Assembly: GCF_006345805.1 (NCBI RefSeq)
Contig: NC_043008.1
Location: 75,268,001-75,332,000, forward strand
Origin: Octopus sinensis
Lineage: Eukaryota
Reading direction: 5' to 3'
DNA: 64,000 nt
This document shows, one piece after another, positions 12,710-23,400 of the stretch. Within the stretch, counting starts at the first letter, position 1. Each line of letters starts with the position of its first letter. A program made the translations under genes and the position numbers. The notes below the pieces were generated by a model that was given only the letters and a program-made list of their open reading frames with translations, did not search any database and had not been told where the DNA came from.

Positions 12710-13703
12710 CTGAAATAGAAAATGAGGGAGAATTTGGAAGAATAAATCGTCACAGTTAACATAGTCAAACGTTTCTTTGGTACTAGAAGATAACTTCTGA
12801 GTACTACGAAATTCAGTGGATATTAACATATAGAATAAATGTGGGAAAATGCTTCATTTTCCTATTATATTTCCGAAAGGTGTTTCGTTTTTCAATTATA
12901 TTTTCGAAATATATTCTACCATATTTAGTAATGTTTATCAATAAGGTGTTTTTAACCTCATTGACACTACTTATGGTTGAAGATATACCAGCCCTGACCC
13001 AACTATTTCTTTATTACGACAACGTTTATTTACGAGTACATTATCCAATTCATATAACTTTTTTGTTAAGAACATAGAGCTCAATTTGAAAGCTGTTTGG
13101 CTGCTGACTCTGGGGATCGAGTGACTTGCTGGATATTCCATATTTGGCTAACGTATCAAATTGCGTTATTATTATTATTTTACTTCAAGCCAACCCCAAT
13201 GGAGCAGATATACTTATTGATGAGGCAGACAAAGGATTTTTGTAATTTGTGCAAACAGTGCATTCTGAGATGATTCAGTATTCAATGTGTTCTTCATCGA
13301 AGGATTAACTGCTGCTATCTTTAACATACCAAATAACCTCATCAAGATTCCATAGTGCACATGTTGATCCACAGGGATCAGTAATCAGTAATTTGAAGAC
13401 TACATAACTGTGGGGACGACGTATTGACAGAAGTCGTCAGATCATTATGAAAGAACATGCATTATATTTATTAGATCTGGATTACTACAGCCTGAGTTGA
13501 AATCGTACCTCACTACTAGCGGATTAATCGGGATATTTCTTATTTCTACCACAGTTGTCTTCAGTTATCTTGTTGGTCAGCTGATAAATTAATACCTTTG
13601 CAACATTTTAAAACGTACAAGTTATCTGAATTTGATGACGAGTGCTGTAAAACAGCAATAATTACGCACACACACAGAGAAATATATAGAACACACTACT
13701 TAC

Positions 13704-13835
13704 TTTGTGTTTTCCCCCATCCAGCAATGACACATGTTGATTGGAAGACATCTTGCGCTGAAGCAAGCGGCAGAGGATGGATACAGCGTGTGAAGAAAAG
13801 AGCTCGTGGCAATGTCAAAAGTGCAACATCATTGT
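13704..13835 (-). CDS. S1 serine protease exon (catalytic Asp, GWG)
   Basis: Acceptor atttaacAG, donor GTAAGT, 132 nt, phase 1 to 1. Translates (H)NDVALLTLPRALFFTRCIHPLPLASAQDVFQSTCVIAGWGKTQ. Confidence 0.95.
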
Positions 13836-14271
13836 CTGTTAAATACAGGAAAGAAATGACGCTGAGAATTGAAATATCTCGCCTGCTGGGTTCGACTACT
13901 TCACATTGATAAGAGGCAACCGCCTCGAAAATAGTCTGTGGAAGCCATACCAGCTGTTCGAAGGTTATAATGGACACAGATTTGGGTGTCACATAGCTAG
14001 CTAGAGGTGATGTCCTCTTGGAGCTAATCAACGGCAGCATTCGTCATATTTTTCTGGACTGCCATGTTAGCTTGGCGATGTCTATTAATATATATATAGC
14101 TAGATGGGCGTGTTTATATTTTCAAGTTGATGCAAAGGTAATCCCTTGCATGATTTAGAGTTCGTAAGTAATAAGAGGGTAATTAAACATTGAGTGTCCT
14201 ATCAGCAGAATCACACATAATTTACATCGGCTGTGAATCTCCGAGTATCAACTATGAGGTGAATCACCAGG

Positions 14272-14341
<70 letters not shown>

Positions 14342-15214
14342 ACATGCATGCATATATTCATAAGAACATATACGTATGCATGTTTAATAAATACGCACAC
14401 ATTCATTTATATATAATGAAGGAGATGGGTATAAACTGGCTGGCATTGAAGCAAGACAAAAAATGGAGACAGTAGCCAAATAGTTACAAAAAAATCAAAG
14501 TCTATCTGTCCAACTGTAAAGGATATAGTAAGGAAAACAGTAGCATTTCTATGTGCTCACACTTGTACACTGCATCATTATTAAAGTGTTAAAGTGGTAT
14601 AGCTGTTTGTAACTGCTGTCTTATTGAAGCAGAAAGAATTCTCTTCTTTCTACGTTTGTCTTTTATTGTGTTCAACACTTGCAGAGTTCTTAATAATCAT
14701 TGCCAGCTATTTATTAACCATATTAATAATATTATTTTAACTGCTACCGTGTGTAGGCCACGTCAAAATACTTTGAATGTTATTGATTCGGGCTATTTGA
14801 AATCAATATTCCATCGGGATCAGGAGGAAGTAATAAATCTTTGAAAAATAAAGATAACAGCCTTTGTTGAATTTCGAAAATAAAGGAGTCTAATAAAAAC
14901 AGATAAAGTGAACGAGTCGCCCACTTGCGAAGAATTCCAATATTCATTTCTTTTATTCCATGTTTGAATCTTTAAATATCAAAATAATGTGGGGTGGGTG
15001 TTGAAACGTCTTTCAAAATAATAATTAGAAAGAACGATAATGACAAAAGAAAAATTTGATCATAATTATAAAAAATAAATAAATAAAAACGCATTTTATT
15101 TAATAAATGTGACCATGAGATATCCATATGATCCTGTTCTGAATTATTTTCTGAGAAGTCAAACAAAAAGAAAATATCACAGGTGAAGCTCTTATGTTTT
15201 TGTAGATAACTCAC

Positions 15215-15339
15215 GGAATCTCTGTTTAGAAAAGTTGGCCGTTCTCTGAATTGCTGCTGGTGGTACTGACATACGGACTGGCATCATCGTTCGATCATTG
15301 TTTCCCACTCCAACATCCACTGATACGACATTGCCAGTC
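15215..15339 (-). CDS. S1 serine protease exon (between catalytic His and Asp)
   Basis: Acceptor ttttcacaaAG, donor GTGAGT, 125 nt, phase 2 to 1. Translates (V)TGNVVSVDVGVGNNDRTMMPVRMSVPPAAIQRTANFSKQRF and keeps frame with both neighbours. Confidence 0.9.
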
Positions 15340-17194
15340 CTTTGTGAAAAGAAAGCTATAATTTATTAAAAGAAAGTCCTTGACAGAAAATCGAAATGTT
15401 TTCAAATGTTAATGAAGATAACAATGGAAGTGTAAATGTTATAGAAATGGTTTATTTCTAAAGGAACTCAGAATATTTAACGCCAGTGGAAACATGAGAA
15501 TATTTAACAGTAAGGAAAATGGAGAGAAAATGGGTTTCGATTTTCCTTCCCAATCTAAAATCTATAATGGTGTTATACGTTTGGGATAGGAAATGCTACG
15601 TCAGAAAATAAATCTTCATCCTTCCCTTATATAATATATTATAAGGATCTCTTCCTCATTAATTTAAATTCTTCGTTATTTTGGAGTGCGGCTCAATAAG
15701 AATTGTTTCGAAAAGTCGACCGCAGATCAAATTTTAAGATAACAAAATTCTCAAATACTACGACTTTTATAATTCAGCATCGGAGTATTTTTGTTAACCA
15801 TAAAAAATAACGTGTACTTGAAACTGTTGGTCAAGAGAAACAATTAAAGCCTTACATTTGCAACGCATTCTCCATAAATTAGGTTTTTTACCTCCACTAT
15901 TTATAGTAGGAGTTTGAGGAAAATAGAAATTCTATTGCCAGTAACGTCATAAAATAATATTTAAACACTAATCTACTGTGAGATAGCAGTCATTTCAATA
16001 ATACTAGCACTAAAGAATTTGAAGCTATTGGTTGAGGGTTGGAAATGAGAGTAAATTTTATATACATGTACCCTTAATGAAGTCGAAAAAGACGTGACGA
16101 ACTGGAATGCGACAGTTAGTGAGAGGTATGTAGAATATTTGATCAACTCAATGCTTCCTAACTAGATTATGATTTTGTAGTTCCTTGCCACATTTTACAA
16201 AACCACCCTTTGTCTGTAGATTTTCTTTTCGTAGTAGACAATTTAAATAACTTATATATTGAATTAGCATTCGAAAATACACCAGATGCGTGTCAATAGG
16301 TGGTGCTGGACTGCTGTACATTGATGGTAAACACCTAGTCAGGGTGTTTTGTCTTTTTTGGAGACCGAATGTTTATAGTTGGTTTGGAGTCCACTATCAA
16401 CTAAACTTACGCTGCTGAAAATGGCAAGCGGCGAACTTACGCCCAACTTCGTGATAGAAATGTGTCGGAACTGAGGTAAAGGAAATAGATGTTGCCACCA
16501 ACAAAAAAAGAGCATTTCGATGAATATCATGAGGTTACATATAGGTGAAATGAGAAGCGAATCGATTTTTGACATGGAAATATTAGTTTCACAGTTACAC
16601 ACGAAAATGTTTTCAGTGCCATATATTGCTGTTCCTATACCTTCCTTTCGTGCACACACACACACACATATGTACACACACACGCACACACACACATACA
16701 CTCTCTCTCTTTCTCTTTCACACACATACGCACACTCATGCATTAAGACGTAGAGGAAACGCCAATACATCTCAGACACATTCACATTCTAAACATTATC
16801 ACATTATCTTTGAAAATCAATGGTTCACTAATTAACCTACCTTTCCCTATGTGAAATGTATTTATCTATGTTGATTGGTTTAATTAACTAATTGAGAAAT
16901 TAATTCTTTCTAACAGAAATATGCCAAAAGTACAAGTGAACGTTGATAATAGGTAGCGCTTATAAACTTTGTAGTGCCTCAAACATTGTCCTTGTAGGGA
17001 AAGAATGAAACACCACAAAATGTGTGATTATATAATAAGAAATAGTAGACTGAAATATCAAAATCGTGCATCATGTTAATACAAAACCATTACATGTATT
17101 ACTGAAAAACGCACGTAAGAATTGATAAATGTCATTAAACTGTAAGTTAAATAAGGATTTTGATAATTGCAGATATGAACCCGAAAACACAATC

Positions 17195-17410
17195 CTTTTC
17201 TACTCTAGGCACAAGGCCCGAAAATTTAGGGAGATGGGGCCAGTCGATTAGATTGACCCCAGTTGCGCAACTAGTAATTAATTTATCGACCCTGAAAGGA
17301 TGAAAGTAAAGTCGACCTCGGCAGAATTTGAACTCAGAACGTAAAGACAGACGAAATACCGCTAAACATTTCGCCCGGCGTGTTAAAGTTTCTGCCAGCT
17401 CGCTGCCTGA
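17195..17410 (-). mobile_element. tRNA-derived SINE, family B
   Basis: Minus strand ggcagcgagctggcagaa..ctgagttcaaattctgccgaggtcgactt..tttcatcctttcagggtcgataaattaa. B-box-like GAGTTCAAATTC. Copies at 40670-40770 and 49235-49465. Confidence 0.85.
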
Positions 17411-18235
17411 ACCCGAAAACAGAATCCGGAAACTCCATACATACAAATATTTATAAGTCAATTTTAAGTTGGGTTAAAGTGGAGTAAAGGGGAAAACAAT
17501 CTATGAAATATGACGTTAGTCTCTATACAGTAATATACAAATACTTTTCTACCTACCATAAACGTAACACTAAATCAGAGAAGGAGGGAGAGACAGACAA
17601 AATGAGAGAGACTGACAGACAGGTAAAGGAAGAGTGAGAGTGAGTGTGTGCCTGTGAGAGAGTTTATGTAAGACAGAGATTTCTTAGAAACGTAAAAATA
17701 AGCATGCAAGGCTGGATGTGATATGGAGATTTTAAGCACAAAGAGTGAGAGAATAAAAAATATGAAGACCTACTAGATTTTGTGACGTCACTGCTCCTTT
17801 AGTAATCTTATTTTATTTGCCACAATCCCTCCCTCTTTGCGTTTGTTTGAATTGCTTTCCAATTGCATTATGCTATATAACATAATGGCAAATAAATGGA
17901 TGCATTAATCTGAGAGCAAAAATGCTAATATCTCTACATATGTTTGTATGGGAATAATGCATATAATTATGTATATATATGCATATTTTATTGTATGCGT
18001 TTCAGCCCACAGCATGTTTGTAGCCATGCTGGAGCACCACCATTGGAATCATCTTTCCAGTCGCTCCTCGTATGCGATTGGCTTTGGTCAAGGAGAGTAC
18101 TCGACACAGCTGCTCACTTCTGAGTTTCGTGTTGTGATAAAGGCTCACCCAGGACCTTAGACAACAGATGTATGCATATATGGATGTGTGTGTATATGTG
18201 CACATTCAAATATATGTGTGTATATGTGCACATTC

Positions 18236-18398
18236 AAATGGCAAATATGCGTCACGATGTGTTACCGCTACTGTTTATAACTCGCTCTGAGATTTATCAT
18301 TGTTTGATTTCACTTTTTCAATATCAGTGTCAATCGACACTGGAAAAAGTATATGTATTTGTGAAGGGAGCTGACTTCTCGTCGACAACCATGATTGT
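18236..18398 (+). mobile_element. Retrozyme-like HHR monomer, 5' part (69-nt direct repeat 18236-18304, hairpins, outer stem I arm, TSD)
   Basis: 18236-18304 is identical to 21868-21936. gtatttgtgaaggga near 18355-18369 is the reverse complement of tcccttcacaaatac near 21754-21768. Confidence 0.75.
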
Positions 18399-18603
18399 TA
18401 TTCGTCTAGGGACACCTCTTTCATCTGCGTTTTGAGAATTTTGCTGCTTTTTTTGTTGAGTGAGTTCGTAATTTTTGTTCGTGGTTGTTGTGTTTACTCG
18501 TAAATTGAACAGTTGTCCGTTGTGTAACAGTAATTCTGTGTTTAAACATTGTCATTACCTTCGAGGTAATTTTTTTGAAACATTTCTTCTCATAATTTGA
18601 GAA

Positions 18604-19704
18604 ATGGATTTCGACTTGGCGTCGAGGAGTGACTTTCCCGTGATGGGAAAAGGTGAACAAAAGGATACTGAAGTCAAAAAACAGTCTTTTACGGCCGCAG
18701 TGGGCGGAACCGTAACGGATGTAGAATTTAAGATTGAACAGTTATTCGAATACCGGAACTTGGTAAAAACGGAAGGAAATGAAATTAAACTGGTACCGCC
18801 GCAAGCGAAGATACAGGAAATAAAGGCAAAGACAGTTGTATACAAAGTTTATAGCAACAAAGAAAAAATAATAATGGACGTCAAGAACGAGATAGTAGAA
18901 AAGTGCTTGTCCCCGGTGTGGAACAAAATTCGCCACGTTGTTCGAGGTGCTCGCAGCGCTACCGTTGAAGCACATTTCGACTCGGCTGATGTGGCAAGAG
19001 AGGTGTCATCAATGACCATGAAAACTGAGGATATCATGTTGCTACCTTCGTATATGGGAAAAAGAACAGCCAAACTACATGTAGAGGATATACCAAGAGG
19101 GTATGACATAATGTGGGTAGCAGCGGCAGTCCTGCACAACGTAGAGCGGGAAGTTTCAATTCTGCAGATGAGAAGGAAAGAGGAGGTGCACTGGAAAGGA
19201 CAAACGCTAGAACTCCTCGTTCAAGCAGAAAATAAGATACTAGAAAACTTACCCGATAGGGTATTTAATGAGGAGGGAACTTCAATGAGAGTGTCAGTGG
19301 AGGGGCGCAGACCTAGGTGCTTCAAATGTGGCGAAAAGGGTCACGTCCGCTCAAACTACTTTAAAAAAAAGAAAATCAACGAAGCCCCTCCTCAAAGTGC
19401 TTCAAACACTGAAAAAGAAAAGGCGGAAAAAGAACCCAAGACTGCGACAAGGAAAGGAACCGAAACGGAAGATTTTAATGAACAAATGGAATATACACAG
19501 GTGACACACAAAAGAAAAAAAGATAACATCCTGGACTCCCCTCCCCAAACAAAGAAAAAATCAGCAAACACCGCAGACATACATACAAAACAAATTCCCC
19601 AGCCCTACCCCCACGGCATTGTATTCATTGGAACACAGTTCGCCAAGCCCCTCCCCATAAAACAAGATTTGAAAAAATTGTTAAAAAAAATAATAAGATT
19701 ATAG
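18604..19704 (+). CDS. Tx1/L1 ORF1 (gag-like, zinc knuckle); frameshifted, originally extending to about 20040
   Basis: RRPRCFKCGEKGHVRSNY (CCHC knuckle with last Cys changed to Tyr). The frame breaks in A-runs near 19690. Confidence 0.8.
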   Translation: MDFDLASRSDFPVMGKGEQKDTEVKKQSFTAAVGGTVTDVEFKIEQLFEYRNLVKTEGNEIKLVPPQAKIQEIKAKTVVYKVYSNKEKIIMDVKNEIVEKCLSPVWNKIRHVVRGARSATVEAHFDSADVAREVSSMTMKTEDIMLLPSYMGKRTAKLHVEDIPRGYDIMWVAAAVLHNVEREVSILQMRRKEEVHWKGQTLELLVQAENKILENLPDRVFNEEGTSMRVSVEGRRPRCFKCGEKGHVRSNYFKKKKINEAPPQSASNTEKEKAEKEPKTATRKGTETEDFNEQMEYTQVTHKRKKDNILDSPPQTKKKSANTADIHTKQIPQPYPHGIVFIGTQFAKPLPIKQDLKKLLKKIIRL

Positions 19705-20068
19705 CATTTAACGAGAAGAACGATAGGGTGTACAAGTATTTCAAATTTTCAAAATTTAAACTATTCAGTAAGTCTACAGACACAAAATCAACCACTCGCT
19801 TCGCAAAAATAAAGGGGAAGACGAGTGGAAGGAAAAAACACTACAAGAACATTTAAAGAATAATCTTATAAGAGATGTAACGAAGGAAATACTGGAGGGT
19901 AAACTTATTATAACCCCGGCAACCACACCTACCCAGAGCCCGATGGCAACGCCGGTTAAGAGCCCTGCAGCTACGACCACAAGGGAGGAAGAAGGGGAAG
20001 CAGGCAGATTTAAACTGTCATGCTCCCTGTCCCAACCGTAAGTTTGTTTATTTTTTCTCTCACCGACA

Positions 20069-21400
20069 ATGGCAAAGCTGGGTTGTGTGAATGTGCGTGG
20101 AATGGGGCCGAAATGGAAACAAATTTGTTTCCTGAACAACCTCACGACACATGGAGTGGGCGTAGCTATTGTAACCGAGTCCAAGATGAACGGGGCCCAA
20201 GCGTTCTCGCCTCTTCTAAATGGTTTCGAGAAATTTATTTCTCCTAGCCGAGGAAGAGGAAGAGGCGTGGCAGTCCTTATCAGGAAGAGCTTGGACTTGC
20301 AGGTAAGTGCTGTCTTTCTGGACCCAGAAGGCAGGCTGGTCGTTCTGGATGTGATCCACGTAAGTAAACAGTCCTTCAGGTTGGTAGCTGTCTACGCTCC
20401 AAATGAGTGTAGGCAGGCGGTTTTTTTTCGGAATCTGGAGCCCGCTGTCCCTTGCCCCGATTCATGGCTTAGCAAGTTGGAGCGAATCCTTTTCCGTTTT
20501 TTGTGGAAGGGAGGAAAGCCACTTGTGAGGCGCTCCGTTTGCTGCCAGAAACCGTTAAAGGGTGGGTTAGGAATGCCTTGGTTGATGATGTGCAGGCATG
20601 CGTTGAGGCTGAAGCATCTCTGGCACCACCTGGAGCGTGATAAGGTGTGGAGTCCGCTGGCAAGGGGAACTTTTTCCGAGACCGGCTTCCTTAGTGAATT
20701 TTATACCCGGTCGCATCAAAAGACGGAATCTGACTTTATGGCAAAAGGAGTGCCGACAGGCACTCACGCTGATCCACAAGGCGGGCAAGGCCGGCTGCGG
20801 AAATACCACCTCGGTATTTTATAGCAGGCTGGTAGAGGCAAAGAACGACGACGTCCTAGGAGGGGCTCTGGGGTTTGACGAAGACCAGCTTACCAACCTG
20901 TTTAAAAAGACTTTCAGGACGGGGTATTTGGATAACTTCCAAAGATCCCTGGCCTGGCAGTGTTATAGGAATGCTTTACCTGTTCGCGAGAAGTTATCGC
21001 GGCACGGAATTTCAGTGCCACCGACGTGTCCAAGATGCGGGTTGGACGATGAAACCGTCCAGCACGCTTTTGTACACTGTCGGAAGTTGTCAGACATGAT
21101 AAGTTACGCAGAACACGTGTTATCGCATCTGGGACGAGTACAGCTGTCGGCTGAGTCTATGATTAAGATGATACCGCCAACTGGACTCTCGAAGGAAGGT
21201 GAGGCATGTTTTCACTGCACGTACAAGAATGGAAGGAGTCGCAATAGGATCCTTTGTCTCAGGCCCCGGCTTGCTCACTTACTTCAGATATCATCTGAAG
21301 AGCAGAATGAGGCTGGAAAAGAAGATCTTACCACGAGGTGTGTATGAAAAAAGATGGAAGGAAGTGGCAAAAAAGGTGGGTGTCAGAAACCCAGCTTAAC
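20069..21400 (+). pseudogene. Tx1/L1 ORF2 remnant: N-terminal APE fused to the post-RT region and CCHC finger
   Basis: LGCVNVRG..VTESK..GRGVAVLIRK..DPEGRLVVLD..LVAVYAPN runs directly into LERILFRFLWKG..KGGLGMP, then CPRCGLDDETVQHAFVHC. No YADD/QG RT motifs. Confidence 0.85.
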
Positions 21401-21658
21401 TATGGATGGAGGAGAGGAAAGAAAAGCTGCGGGGCCTTATAGGTTGCCGGGGTTTAAAATATATCAGTAAGAGCGCAAGTTAATGTAATGTCGTAATGTT
21501 CTATTAAGTCAATGCAAAGGACCATTTAAACACAAATTTTGTTTAAGGAATAATCCATATATTATAGAAAATTTTTAATCGAACCACTTAACTGTTTTTT
21601 ATATGTATGTCCTGTATTGTCCTTCTATGTAATGATTTTCTAATCGTAATAAAGAAAT

Positions 21659-21936
21659 TCGTCGACAACCATGATTGTCACACGCTGAAGATAGGTAAAC
21701 ACCTTGAAACTCGAGTTCGTGTGTATCATGAGTTGAAGACGGGGAGGATGACTTCCCTTCACAAATACTGAGAGGACACAGATAGTGTGTCTATAGCCAG
21801 CTGGAGGAGATATCTTCCTGGGGCTACAAACTACAGTAGCATCCACCCTTAGGGGTTAGCCATATTTAAATGGCAAATATGCGTCACGATGTGTTACCGC
21901 TACTGTTTATAACTCGCTCTGAGATTTATCATTGTT
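21659..21936 (+). mobile_element. Retrozyme-like HHR monomer, 3' part (TSD, HHR, hairpins, 69-nt direct repeat)
   Basis: HHR, then hairpins gacaca-gatag-tgtgtc, tagcc..ggcta, accc-ttag-gggt and gccat-atttaa-atggc. Repeat 21868-21936 is followed by (TA)n. Confidence 0.75.
21679..21723 (+). ncRNA. Type I hammerhead ribozyme motif
   Basis: CACACG-CUGAAGA-U-AGGU(AAAC)ACCU-U-GAAAC-UCGA-GUU/CGUGUG: 6-bp stem I, full core, 4-bp stem II, palindromic stem III ACUCGAGU. Predicted cut after 21717. Confidence 0.8.
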
Positions 21937-22309
21937 ATATATATATATGAAAATAGTAATGCAATACGAGAGTATTGCTCTCCAGTAAAAGATAGCCCGT
22001 AAGGGTAAAATTATACGTATAAAAGTAAATAAATGGCACAACGAAGCACCGATATTTACTGGAAAATAGCGAACGTAATAAATAGGACGCTAATGTATAG
22101 CTTCACTGCCTATGTACAAGTAAAGACGCGTGTGTGCAACAAACATGAAAAAATTGCCTTACCTCTAGGAAGAACATCTGAAAAATAAAAAAACCTAGAA
22201 ACGGATGCGGGACCGGTTTCAGAGTCTCCAAAATATGTCTGCCAACGTCGTATTTACTCCAGTAAATATCGGTTCTTCGTTGTGTCATTTATTTACTTTT
22301 ATATGTATA

Positions 22310-22493
22310 TATATATATATATTCTCTCCTTGTTTCTTTCTGTGTTTCTTTTCTGTGTATCTTTCTGTTGAAGAGCGTAGGCTCGAAACGTAAAAGACTT
22401 GTTTTATTTATATTGCTGAGCGCCATACTAATACAATTGTTTGTTTGTATTCCACCTGCCTTCGTCTTTTGTTTATTTTCATAAAGCTTCCCG

Positions 22494-22497
<4 letters not shown>
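22310..22497 (+). mobile_element. Short (TA)n-flanked Penelope-type repeat with a minimal HHR-like motif (22360-22397); second copy at 28682-28812 (-)
   Basis: UCUUU-CUGUUGA-A-GAGC(GUAG)GCUC-GAAAC-GUA-AAAGA. The two copies share gtttattttc..aaag.ttccc and ccacctgccttcgtcttttg. Confidence 0.7.
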
Positions 22498-22573
<76 letters not shown>

Positions 22574-22829
22574 TATGAGTGTGTGTGTGTGTGTGTGTAA
22601 ATGTATCAGCTATTTGAAAACAAAATTTGGATACGTTATTTACAGCTAAACAATTATATCTATTAGCAAAAACAAAATATTTAAATAGAATTATCTTAAA
22701 TACACATAGCTGTTTAAAATAAGATAAGCATAAGATGCTATTACTGCCGCCATATGGCTTCTGAAACAACTGTGTTGAGAAGGTAAGCATTATTCCTGTT
22801 AGCCATGATGCCCCAGATAGCAAGCATCT

Positions 22830-23160
22830 GCAAGTCCTTGAATTGTGTGCATGCTTGTTTGTCTCCCCACAACGATGGATCGTGCATAGAAGGCTAGGAG
22901 GCCCAAATTAGGAAGTCAAGAGGATTCTCTTTTTTAACCCCGACACTGTTATTCTGGGACTTATTGGACATGAACTGTCCACTTCTCATAAAGAATTCGC
23001 ACAACTTGTCTTCCTGCACCACACTTCTAATGTTTATCACGTACCCTTGGAGATGATTGGCAACAGCATTCATTGATTTGTTGTGATTCTCGTAGATAAT
23101 GCGTTGGACTTGCTGGAAAAAATCGACTTTCTGACAACGTCTGGCCGTCAAGAATGTTAT
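22830..23160 (-). mobile_element. Internally deleted Tc1/mariner-superfamily relic
   Basis: FFQQVQRIIYENHNKSMNAVANHL..IRSVVQED..MRSGQFMS joined to NPLDFLIW (SPDLNPLD-like). Confidence 0.6.
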
Positions 23161-23183
23161 TTTATTGTTATTATTATTATAAC

Positions 23184-23238
<55 letters not shown>

Positions 23239-23297
23239 ACTATTATTATTATTATTAATATTATTATTATTATAATTATTATTATTATTATTATAAC

Positions 23298-23328
<31 letters not shown>

Positions 23329-23357
23329 ATTATTATTATTATTATTATTATTATAAC

Positions 23358-23399
<42 letters not shown>

Positions 23400-23400
<1 letters not shown>

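Larger units (their letters stand above)
18399..21658 (+). mobile_element. Tx1/L1-clade non-LTR retrotransposon, internally deleted (no RT), with 20-bp TSD
   Basis: TSD TCGTCGACAACCATGATTGT at 18379-18398 and 21659-21678. Gag-like ORF1, APE start of ORF2, C-terminal CCHC finger, AATAAA at the 3' end. Confidence 0.92.

Noticed and set aside
12626-12829. 67-aa ORF overlapping the protease exon
   Set aside because: Wrong frame. The spliced frame gives canonical S1 motifs.
13100-13600. Possible old LINE RT remnant (likewise ~850-1080, ~31230-31560, ~32100-32450)
   Set aside because: Too decayed to assign motifs by eye; needs a translated search against TE protein libraries.
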